Shown here: piece by piece, positions 56,951 through 64,000 of the stretch
Position numbering within the stretch: position 1 is the stretch's first letter
Layout: every line of letters begins with the position of its first letter
Source of the DNA: an uncultured Candidatus Saccharibacteria bacterium
GTDB taxonomy: Bacteria; Patescibacteriota; Minisyncoccia; UBA9983
Length of the DNA stretch: 64,000 nucleotides
Assembly: GCA_964438405.1 (NCBI GenBank)
Contig: CAYTKF010000001.1
Span: forward strand, 18,860-82,859
Reading direction: 5' to 3'
The notes under the pieces: generated by a model
What the model was told of the DNA's origin: nothing
What the model saw: only the letters and a program-made list of their open reading frames with translations
Databases searched by the model: none
Translations under genes and position numbers: made by a program

Positions 56951-57916
56951 ATGGATTACAAAATAATGATGCCGTCAAAGCCAAAAATTGTTTCAGAGGA
57001 GGGTAATAAGGGAACATATGAGATAGAGGGTTGTTATGCCGGCTACGGCTACACTCTCGGCAACTCTTTAAGAAGAGTGATTCTTTCTTCTATTCCCGGC
57101 GCAGCAGTTACCTCCATAAAGATAGAGGGCATGCCACACGAATTTTCTAAAATAGAAGGTATAAAAGAAGATGTCATTACCATTCTTTTAAATTTGAAAA
57201 AAATAAGATTTAAATTGCACAGCGACGATCCCCAAAAGATCAAACTTTCGGTCCGGGGGATAAAAGATGTTTTTGCCAAAGACATTGAAGCGCCGTCGCA
57301 GGTTGAAGTATTAAATAAAAACGAACATATTGCCACTCTCACTGCCAAGAACGCAAAATTGGAAGTTGAAATGGTTGTGGAAAAAGGACTTGGCTATGTA
57401 GCCAAAGAAAATATCAATAAAGAAAAAGTGGAGATAGGCACCATTGTCATGGACGCTGTTTTTACTCCCATAAGAAGAGTTAATTACGAAGTGGAAAATA
57501 TGCGTGTCGGCGATAAAATAGATTATAATCGCCTGAAATTTTTTATAGAAACTGACGGTTCCATCTCGCCAAGAGAGGCACTGGAAAAGGCCATTGAGAT
57601 AATGATAGGCCACCTAAAAGCAGTCATCGGCTTTCAGGAAAAAGAAATTCCTTTTGAAGAAATGGCCGAGGCCCAGGCGGAAAAGATAAAAGAAATGAAA
57701 GAAGAAGTTGAGGACACGGAAATTTTAAAGATAAGAGTGGAAGATCTGCAATTTTCATCAAGAACGCTCAATGCGCTTTCCGAAGCAGGCATAAGAACGC
57801 TTGGCGGCCTTAGCAGAAAAAAAGAGGATGATTTGCGCGAATTAAAAGGTGTGGGTGAAAGGGCCATACAGGAAATAAGGCGCGCTCTGGGCAACTACGG
57901 ACTTACGCTAAAATAA
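56951..57916 (+). CDS. rpoA: DNA-directed RNA polymerase alpha subunit
   Basis: N-terminal dimerisation domain plus C-terminal domain with LSVRTLNAL-type HhH (FSSRTLNALSEAGIRTLGGL). Confidence 0.9.
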   Translation: MDYKIMMPSKPKIVSEEGNKGTYEIEGCYAGYGYTLGNSLRRVILSSIPGAAVTSIKIEGMPHEFSKIEGIKEDVITILLNLKKIRFKLHSDDPQKIKLSVRGIKDVFAKDIEAPSQVEVLNKNEHIATLTAKNAKLEVEMVVEKGLGYVAKENINKEKVEIGTIVMDAVFTPIRRVNYEVENMRVGDKIDYNRLKFFIETDGSISPREALEKAIEIMIGHLKAVIGFQEKEIPFEEMAEAQAEKIKEMKEEVEDTEILKIRVEDLQFSSRTLNALSEAGIRTLGGLSRKKEDDLRELKGVGERAIQEIRRALGNYGLTLK

Positions 57917-57918
57917 TC

Positions 57919-58266
57919 ATGAGACATTTAAAGAAAGGCAGAAAATTTGGAAGAGAGAAAAATCAGAGAAAGGCATTTTTGAAATCGCTTATTTTTAATC
58001 TGGCAAAACGCGGAAAAATAAAAACAACAGAGGCCAGGGCAAAAGAAATAAAACCGCTTATGGAAAAACTGATAACACGCGCCAAAAAAGAAGGGCTTTC
58101 CAATTACAGAATTCTTGTTTCAAGAATCGGGCAATTAACAGCAAAAAAACTTATCAAAGAAATAGCGCCGAAATACAAAGAAAGAAACGGCGGGTACACA
58201 CGGATTATCAAGGCGCCCAGACGCAAAGGGGATGCCAGTAAAATGGCGATAATAGAATTAATATGA
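57919..58266 (+). CDS. rplQ: 50S ribosomal protein L17
   Basis: MRHLKKGRKFGREKNQRKAFLKSL...GGYTRIIKAPRRKGD. Confidence 0.9.
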   Translation: MRHLKKGRKFGREKNQRKAFLKSLIFNLAKRGKIKTTEARAKEIKPLMEKLITRAKKEGLSNYRILVSRIGQLTAKKLIKEIAPKYKERNGGYTRIIKAPRRKGDASKMAIIELI

Positions 58267-58613
58267 AGAAAGAATATGTTTTAGACGCAAAGGATAAGGC
58301 AGTTGGCCGGCTGGCATCAGAGACAGCTCTTCTTTTGCGCGGGAAAAAAGAACCAAATTTCACTCCCAATAAAATGCCCCAAATAAAAGTAAAAATAATA
58401 AATTCCTCGCAAATAAAAATCAGCGAGAAAAAGGCAATGGGTAAAACCTACAGGCGCCATTCGCATTATCCGGGAGGAGAAAAAAAAGAAACCTTAAAAA
58501 AGGTGCTGGAGAGAAAGGGAATTAATTTTATAATCAGAAAGGCTGTCATGGGCATGCTCCCCAAAAACAGACTCCAGAGAAAGATTATTAAAAATTTGGT
58601 AATAAATGAATAA
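58263..58613 (+). CDS. rplM: 50S ribosomal protein L13
   Basis: VLDAKDKAVGRLASETALLLRGKKEPNFTPN...KTYRRHSHYPGG. Confidence 0.85.
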   Translation: MKKEYVLDAKDKAVGRLASETALLLRGKKEPNFTPNKMPQIKVKIINSSQIKISEKKAMGKTYRRHSHYPGGEKKETLKKVLERKGINFIIRKAVMGMLPKNRLQRKIIKNLVINE

Positions 58614-59064
58614 TATGGAGAAAGGCAAGCAGAAATCCGCCTCAACGGCGGACTCGCCGAAGAGGCGAGAATATTTTGAGGCAGCGGGAAGAAGAAAAAC
58701 ATCAGTGGCGCGGGTGAGAATTTTTCCAGATGCCGGCGGGAAAACTCTTTCCATCTCAATAAACGGAAAGGATTTTAAAACTTATCTGGCCACAAAAGAA
58801 CTCCAGCATATTGCTGAGGCGCCGTTTAAAAAAATAAAATTGACGCAGAAGCCGAGCGTAACTATAAAAGTTTCCGGCGGAGGCATTCATTCGCAGGCAG
58901 AGGCAATACGCCACGGCATCAGTCGGGCGCTCACAAAAATAGATAAAGAGTTGCGAAAAACTCTCAAACCCGAAGGATTCTTAAAGCGCGACCCACGCAT
59001 GAAAGAACGCAGAAAATTCGGCCTCAAAAAAGCAAGAAAAGCTCCACAATGGAGCAAGAGATAA
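58606..59064 (+). CDS. rpsI: 30S ribosomal protein S9
   Basis: GRRKTSVARVRIF...GGGIHSQAEAIRHGISRAL...C-terminal KKARKAPQWSKR. Confidence 0.9.
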   Translation: MNNMEKGKQKSASTADSPKRREYFEAAGRRKTSVARVRIFPDAGGKTLSISINGKDFKTYLATKELQHIAEAPFKKIKLTQKPSVTIKVSGGGIHSQAEAIRHGISRALTKIDKELRKTLKPEGFLKRDPRMKERRKFGLKKARKAPQWSKR

Positions 59065-59137
59065 AACAGTGTTATACTAAAATAGGTCGTTTAGGGTTAA
59101 GAATTAATTATTAATAATCTAATTAAATTATAATTTT

Positions 59138-59416
59138 ATGACAAATTTGCCGGGTTTTTTACAAACCCCGTTTATGGCGGGACTTTCAACGGGATTTTTT
59201 CTTGTCATTCTTGCCTGGTCTCTTTTTTGGAAGGGATGGGCTTTGTGGAGGTCTGCCAGAACAGGACATAAATGGTGGTTTGTGGCTTTGTTGGTAATTA
59301 ATACTGTCGGTATCTTAGAAATTCTTTATCTTTTTGTTTTCAGCAAAAAGGGAGGTGTTTCAATAATGAAGACAGAAGAAAGCAAAACCCCAGAGCCTCC
59401 AATGAGTACGATGTAA
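59138..59416 (+). CDS. Small membrane protein, hypothetical
   Basis: 92 aa; 2 TM, W-rich (LFWKGWALWRSARTGHKWWFVALLVI). Confidence 0.35.
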   Translation: MTNLPGFLQTPFMAGLSTGFFLVILAWSLFWKGWALWRSARTGHKWWFVALLVINTVGILEILYLFVFSKKGGVSIMKTEESKTPEPPMSTM

Positions 59417-59489
59417 AAAAACGTCCCGCCGCTCGCGAGCGACGGGATTTTCGTTTATTTAAAATAAATATTGTGTAAATTACAGCAAT

Positions 59490-59774
59490 ATGCTTAAATT
59501 AAAAAATGCTATTAATGCAATTAAAGAAGAAAATTATGATACGGCGATTAAAATTTGCCAAGATCTTAAAAATTTAGAAATAACAGAATTACTTAATAGA
59601 TATAACATTGATAAACATAGCCATGGTCATTATTTAAGACGCGGAGAAAGATTAAGCAAAGACGGATTTCCGCGTGAAAAAATTTTACAAATGATTGAGG
59701 CGGAAATAGAAAATCCTCCAAGGGTCATTTCAAGGGCTGATTGGACCGGTCATCATAAAGAAAGAAATCAATAG
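59490..59774 (+). CDS. Hypothetical protein
   Basis: 94 aa; no motif. Confidence 0.3.
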   Translation: MLKLKNAINAIKEENYDTAIKICQDLKNLEITELLNRYNIDKHSHGHYLRRGERLSKDGFPREKILQMIEAEIENPPRVISRADWTGHHKERNQ

Positions 59775-59796
59775 TTTTAAAATTAAAATAATTTGA

Positions 59797-59831
59797 GGCC
59801 GTTGGCGTGATATCCAACGGCCCCTGTTTCT
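59797..59831. terminator. Hairpin terminator shared with the end of a minus-strand frame
   Basis: ggccgttgg-cgtgatat-ccaacggcc followed by cctgtttct. Confidence 0.5.
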
Positions 59832-60105
59832 ACTGGACCAGACCGATCATCTCTCGGTCCAGCAATTCTTCTTTTTGTCCTGTTTTTGCCTGCGAGACGA
59901 GTCGGTCGATTTCGCTCCTTACCTCCGGGTTGAGACCCTCGAGATGTTCCCTTTGGACTCGCTGAGCATCGTTATATGCATCAGCAGCCCTATCATACGT
60001 TCTTCGTGTCGACTCAACTGCGCAGGCGAGAAGCAGGGCGATTTTTACATTTCTATTCGTAACACCACCTCGCTTTCCAATTTTATAATAACATAAATAT
60101 AAAAT
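59830..60105 (-). pseudogene. GC-rich, protein-like open frame on the minus strand without a canonical start codon (candidate gene remnant or non-canonical start)
   Basis: Minus-strand frame, stop-to-stop about 91 codons: ...RGGVTNRNVKIALLLACAVESTRRTYDRAADAYNDAQRVQREHLEGLNPEVRSEIDRLVSQAKTGQKEELLDREMIGLVQ*. No in-frame ATG/GTG/TTG. GC clearly above the flanks. Confidence 0.3.
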
Positions 60106-60140
60106 TTATCAATCTTATTTTTAATGTTATAATATTTATT

Positions 60141-61289
60141 ATGATAGAACGAGGTATCGCAACATTCGGCCTTGATTACGGTAAATGCCCGGCGTGGCTG
60201 TTTGAGCGCATGAAAAAACTTGGCAAACAAGTGGTAGAAATAATGACTGGAGAATACGGTCCGGACGAATTTATAAAAAGAATGGCTGACCCGGTTTGGT
60301 TCCAGTCTCTGGGAACTGTTTTGGCTTTTGACTGGAATGCATCGGGTCTTACCACAATTCTTACTGCTGCATTAAAAGAAGCAATAAGAGGTGATGAAAA
60401 AAATCTAGGAGTTTTTATGTGCGGAGGCAAAGGAAAAACTTCTCTTAAGACTCCTGATGAAATTAAAAATTGGGGAGAGAGATTAAGTTTAAGTGCAAAC
60501 GCCACAGAAAACCTTTCTTATAATTCCAAAATGGCTGCCAAGGTTGACAGCGCTCTTGTACAGGACGGATTCCAGATTTATCATCACGCGTTTTTATTTT
60601 CTAAAAACGGAGCCTGGACAGTTGTCCAGCAGGGAATGAATGCTGGCAATCAGACAGCCAGACGATATCACTGGCATTCAAAAAATGTAAAAGATTTGGT
60701 TAATGAACCGCACACAGGCATAACCGCTCCGCAAAAATTATCAACACTAAATCTCTCTGCGCAAAAAAGTGATGAGACAAGAAAATTAAGCACAGAGCTT
60801 GTTAAGGGTGGTTACTACGGCTTAATGAAAGATATAAAAATCTTGAGAGCTCATTCTTCTGATTTGTCGCAGATGATTAAATTTAAGGCGAAACATGGCA
60901 GACAACTTACCTTGCTTAATTTGGAAACAAAAGAATTTAAATGGCATCCGGTTGTAAACGAAGACTTCAGTAAAAGCAAATATCTGGAAAAAATCTTAGC
61001 TAAGGCATGCGACACCAAGCCGGAAAATTACGAAAAACTTCTGGCAATGCAGGGAGTGGGGCCAAAAACAATGCGCGCCCTAAGTTTAGTTTCTGAAGTT
61101 ATTTATGGCGCCAAACCGTCTTACGAAGACCCGGCCCGCTACTCATTTGCCCACGGCGGAAAAGACTCCACGCCATATCCCATAGACCGCAAAACATTTG
61201 ACTCCAGCATCAGCTTTTTCCGCATGATTGTTTCCAAAATGAAACTGCCCGCGTCAGAAAAGAAAAAGATGCTGGAAAAGTTGATATAA
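60141..61289 (+). CDS. DUF763-family protein with C-terminal helix-hairpin-helix motif
   Basis: N-terminal GIATFGLDYGKCPAWLFERMKKLGK typifies DUF763. LAMQGVGPKTMRALSLV is an HhH GhG-type motif. Confidence 0.45.
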   Translation: MIERGIATFGLDYGKCPAWLFERMKKLGKQVVEIMTGEYGPDEFIKRMADPVWFQSLGTVLAFDWNASGLTTILTAALKEAIRGDEKNLGVFMCGGKGKTSLKTPDEIKNWGERLSLSANATENLSYNSKMAAKVDSALVQDGFQIYHHAFLFSKNGAWTVVQQGMNAGNQTARRYHWHSKNVKDLVNEPHTGITAPQKLSTLNLSAQKSDETRKLSTELVKGGYYGLMKDIKILRAHSSDLSQMIKFKAKHGRQLTLLNLETKEFKWHPVVNEDFSKSKYLEKILAKACDTKPENYEKLLAMQGVGPKTMRALSLVSEVIYGAKPSYEDPARYSFAHGGKDSTPYPIDRKTFDSSISFFRMIVSKMKLPASEKKKMLEKLI

Positions 61290-61307
61290 AAATGTTATAA
61301 TTTTATC

Positions 61308-62750
61308 ATGACAAAGTTTTTTAAATTTTTAAGAAGGCGGTGGATTGTTGCTTTTGTTATTGTTTTAATTCTGCTTGGTGCGGTTTATTTTTTGTTTTTT
61401 CGGAAATCCGGGAATACCACTTATGAAGCCGGCGTTGTCAAAAGGGGCGTGGTTGTGCAGGAGGTAAGCGTCACCGGCACGGTCAAGCCAGCCACCAGCG
61501 TTGATTTGGGCTTTCAGGTGGGCGGAAAAGTTTCGTTTATAAATACTGATGTTGGAAAAAGGGTTGGCGCGGGACAGGTGCTTGTCACTCTTTCTAATTT
61601 GGATTTAAAAGCCCAGCTTGCTCAGGCGCAGGCAAAATTAGACGAGCTTAAAAAGGGCACCCGGCCCGAAGAAATAATTATTCAGGAGGGAAAAATTCAG
61701 GATGCCAAAGACAATTTGCTTGATGTCATCAGCGACAGCTACACAAAATCAGACGATGCCATCAGAAATAAAACAGACAAACTTTTCAGTAATCCATCCA
61801 CCTTTCCTCAGCTCAATATTTATGTTAATGATTTGAATTTGAAATCGCAGATAGAGTCAGACAGATTTTCTATTGAAAGCATACTTAACAGATGGAAAAA
61901 TAATCTTTCCAGCGCCGCTGAGGCAAAAATCGGTATAAACAGCGTTAAAAATTTTCTGGATAAACTTGCCTCGGCAGTAAACATACTAAGCCCGACATCA
62001 TCTCTTTCACAAACAATTATTGACGGTTATAAAGCAGACATCTCCACTGCCCGCACAAACATAAATACGGCAATAACAAATCTCTCTGCTGCTGAATCCA
62101 CTCTTTCGCAGGAAGAAAACCAATTGGCACTGGATAAGGCAGGCACTGTTTCAGAACAAATAAGGGCGCAGGAAGCAGCGGTTGAAGAAGTGCAGGCCTA
62201 TCTGGCAAAAACCATTATCTATTCGCCCATAAACGGAATTGTCACAAAACAAGAAGCAAAAGTTGGAGAAATAATATCAGCAAACACAACAGTTGTTTCT
62301 GTAATTTCTGATGTCAAATATCAGATAGAGGCGTATGTGCCAGAGGCAGATATTGCCAAAATAAAAATAAACGATCCTGCCAAAGTGACGCTTGATGCCT
62401 ATGGAAGCGACATAAATTTTGAAGCAAAGGTTGTGGCAATTGACCCGGCGGAAACCGTCATAGAAGGAGTTTCAACTTACAAAACCACTCTGCAATTTAC
62501 AAAAGAGGATGAACGGGTGAAATCCGGAATGACAGCCAACACGGATATTCTGACAGCCAAAAAAGAAAATACTTTATATGTCCCGCAAAGGGCGGTGCTC
62601 ACAAAAGACGGAGAAAAAATAGTGCGCGTCATAAACGGAACGCAGATTAATGAAGTGCCGGTGCAAATCGGTCTCAAGGGCTCTGACGGAAACATAGAAA
62701 TCCTGAACGGACTCAATGAAAACGACAAGATAGTGGTGTACATGAAGTAA
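61308..62750 (+). CDS. HlyD/MacA-family periplasmic adaptor (membrane fusion protein) with long coiled-coil hairpin
   Basis: N-terminal TM, biotinyl/lipoyl-like half-barrels (VKPATSVDLGFQVGGKV...) separated by about 200 aa of coiled coil, C-terminal beta-barrel. Confidence 0.65.
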   Translation: MTKFFKFLRRRWIVAFVIVLILLGAVYFLFFRKSGNTTYEAGVVKRGVVVQEVSVTGTVKPATSVDLGFQVGGKVSFINTDVGKRVGAGQVLVTLSNLDLKAQLAQAQAKLDELKKGTRPEEIIIQEGKIQDAKDNLLDVISDSYTKSDDAIRNKTDKLFSNPSTFPQLNIYVNDLNLKSQIESDRFSIESILNRWKNNLSSAAEAKIGINSVKNFLDKLASAVNILSPTSSLSQTIIDGYKADISTARTNINTAITNLSAAESTLSQEENQLALDKAGTVSEQIRAQEAAVEEVQAYLAKTIIYSPINGIVTKQEAKVGEIISANTTVVSVISDVKYQIEAYVPEADIAKIKINDPAKVTLDAYGSDINFEAKVVAIDPAETVIEGVSTYKTTLQFTKEDERVKSGMTANTDILTAKKENTLYVPQRAVLTKDGEKIVRVINGTQINEVPVQIGLKGSDGNIEILNGLNENDKIVVYMK

Positions 62751-62755
62751 TTTTT

Positions 62756-63472
62756 ATGTCCCTTATTGAAGTTAAAAATTTGTGCAAGACCTATGTGAAT
62801 GATGGGGTAGAAACGCCTGCTGTTAAAAACGTCAGTTTTAATATTGAAAAGGGAGAATTTGTGGCCATCATAGGACCGTCTGGCTCCGGCAAGTCCACGC
62901 TTTTGCATGTGCTTGGATTCTTGGACCGCCACAGCGCAGGCGAATATAAATTTGACAACAAAACCATAGACGATTATACGGACGAAGAGATTGCCCGCGT
63001 GCGCAATGAAAAAATGGGTTTTATTTTTCAATCATTCAATCTTCTCGGCAGAACAAGTGTGCTTGAGAACGTTAAATTACCCCTGCTTTATTCCAGCGTA
63101 AAAGAATCTGAATGGAACTCTTTGGCGGAAAAAGCAATTGAATCAGTCGGCCTGAAGCATCGTATTAATTACGATTCTTCGCGGCTTTCCGGCGGAGAAA
63201 AACAGAGAGTGGCCATCGCGCGTGCTCTTGTAAATAATCCAGAGGTTATTTTTGCTGACGAACCAACCGGAAATCTTGATTCCAAATCCGGCCAGCAGGT
63301 CATGGAAATTATACAGAAGCTGAATGAGAAAGAGAACCACACTGTCATTCTTATTACCCACGAAACTTATACAGCAGAGCACGCCCAGAGAATTATTAAA
63401 ATTCATGACGGCGAAATAGAAAGCGACCAAAAAATCGAGCATCGTCACGGCGCAACCGAGTTTAGAAAGTAA
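62756..63472 (+). CDS. ABC transporter ATP-binding protein (MacB/LolD/FtsE-like)
   Basis: Walker [11 protein letters not shown]-loop, [15 protein letters not shown] signature, Walker [12 protein letters not shown]. Confidence 0.85.
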   Translation: MSLIEVKNLCKTYVNDGVETPAVKNVSFNIEKGEFVAIIGPSGSGKSTLLHVLGFLDRHSAGEYKFDNKTIDDYTDEEIARVRNEKMGFIFQSFNLLGRTSVLENVKLPLLYSSVKESEWNSLAEKAIESVGLKHRINYDSSRLSGGEKQRVAIARALVNNPEVIFADEPTGNLDSKSGQQVMEIIQKLNEKENHTVILITHETYTAEHAQRIIKIHDGEIESDQKIEHRHGATEFRK

Positions 63473-63473
63473 T

Positions 63474-64000
63474 ATGATACTTAAGTATACTTTAAAAACA
63501 GCTGTCACCGGTTTAAGAACCCACAAGTCGCGCTCAGCGCTTACTATTTTGGGTATTGTCATTGGCATCACTGCCATCATGCTTGTCATTTCTCTGGGCA
63601 AGGGCGCGGAAGATTTAATTTTGAACCAAATCAAAAGCATTGGCGCCAAAACAATTGCCATTGCACCGGGCAGACAGCCAACCGGCCCCACAGACATGGC
63701 ATCCCTTTTTACTGATTCTTTAAAAAACAAAGATCTTGACGCGCTCAAAAATAAAAATAATGTTCCGCATCTGGCGCAGATAATGCCTGTTGTTTTCGGC
63801 AGTGAAGTAATTGCTTATGGAAACGACACATACCGGCCCACCATCTTCGGTGTCACCAGTTTTTTTACGGATATATATAATGTTTATCCGAGCCAAGGAA
63901 GAAATTTTGAAGATGATGATATTATCAGCAACGCCAATGTCGTCATAATCGGCTCCAAAGTCAAAGACCAGCTTTTTGGCGACAGCGATGCCGTGGCACA
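63474..64000 (+). CDS. ABC transporter permease, MacB/FtsX family (5' part; continues beyond the window)
   Basis: MILKYTLKTAVTGLRTHKSRSALTILGIVIGITAIMLVISLG is a typical MacB_PCD/FtsX N-terminus. No stop within the window. Confidence 0.7.
   Translation, partial: MILKYTLKTAVTGLRTHKSRSALTILGIVIGITAIMLVISLGKGAEDLILNQIKSIGAKTIAIAPGRQPTGPTDMASLFTDSLKNKDLDALKNKNNVPHLAQIMPVVFGSEVIAYGNDTYRPTIFGVTSFFTDIYNVYPSQGRNFEDDDIISNANVVIIGSKVKDQLFGDSDAVA

Noticed and set aside
63143-63748. 201-aa minus-strand ORF.
   Set aside because: Antisense to the ABC ATPase signature region and to a convincing FtsX/MacB permease N-terminus on the plus strand.

Overview
The window is an AT-rich (roughly 35-38% GC by eye), densely packed bacterial chromosomal segment with about 70 protein-coding genes, one tRNA, and no rRNA or CRISPR array. 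The gene content fits a reduced-genome, Candidate Phyla Radiation (Patescibacteria)-like bacterium; this is an inference from content only. Gene content includes two mreB paralogs, a complete mra/dcw-like cell-wall cluster (mraZ-rsmH-ftsL-ftsI-murF, mraY, ftsW/rodA, murG, PBP2), a type IV pilus locus ending in a 1207-aa membrane-anchored adhesin, secreted proteases, ArnT/GtrA-like glycosylation genes, and almost no biosynthetic genes. Housekeeping blocks are mreB-holB-frr-rseP, proS, mreB-mreC-mreD-like-mrdA, lysS, cysS-corA, ctpA, infA-rpmJ-rpsM-rpsK-rpsD-rpoA-rplQ-rplM-rpsI, and a HlyD adaptor plus MacB-like ABC transporter.

Features worth a second look:
- Two divergent PaaX-family regulator paralogs, each flanked on both sides by its own 38-44 bp quasi-palindrome; three of the four sites centre exactly on CGATCG and the fourth has CGGTCG.
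- A perfect 209-bp direct repeat filling two consecutive intergenic spacers (rpmJ-rpsM and rpsM-rpsK). It carries a 101-nt stem-loop and a 29-codon small ORF that stops 7 nt before the r-protein start codons.
- A GC-rich structured RNA element (hairpins plus terminator) upstream of proS.
- Two GC-rich islands: a self-contained promoter/small-membrane-protein/terminator module, and a start-less protein-like frame on the minus strand.
- A PriA homolog with intact zinc-binding cysteines but degenerate Walker A and DEEH motifs.
- A duplicated 64-nt leader upstream of two S8 subtilisin genes.
- A GTGG[G/A] repeat array (MraZ boxes) upstream of mraZ.
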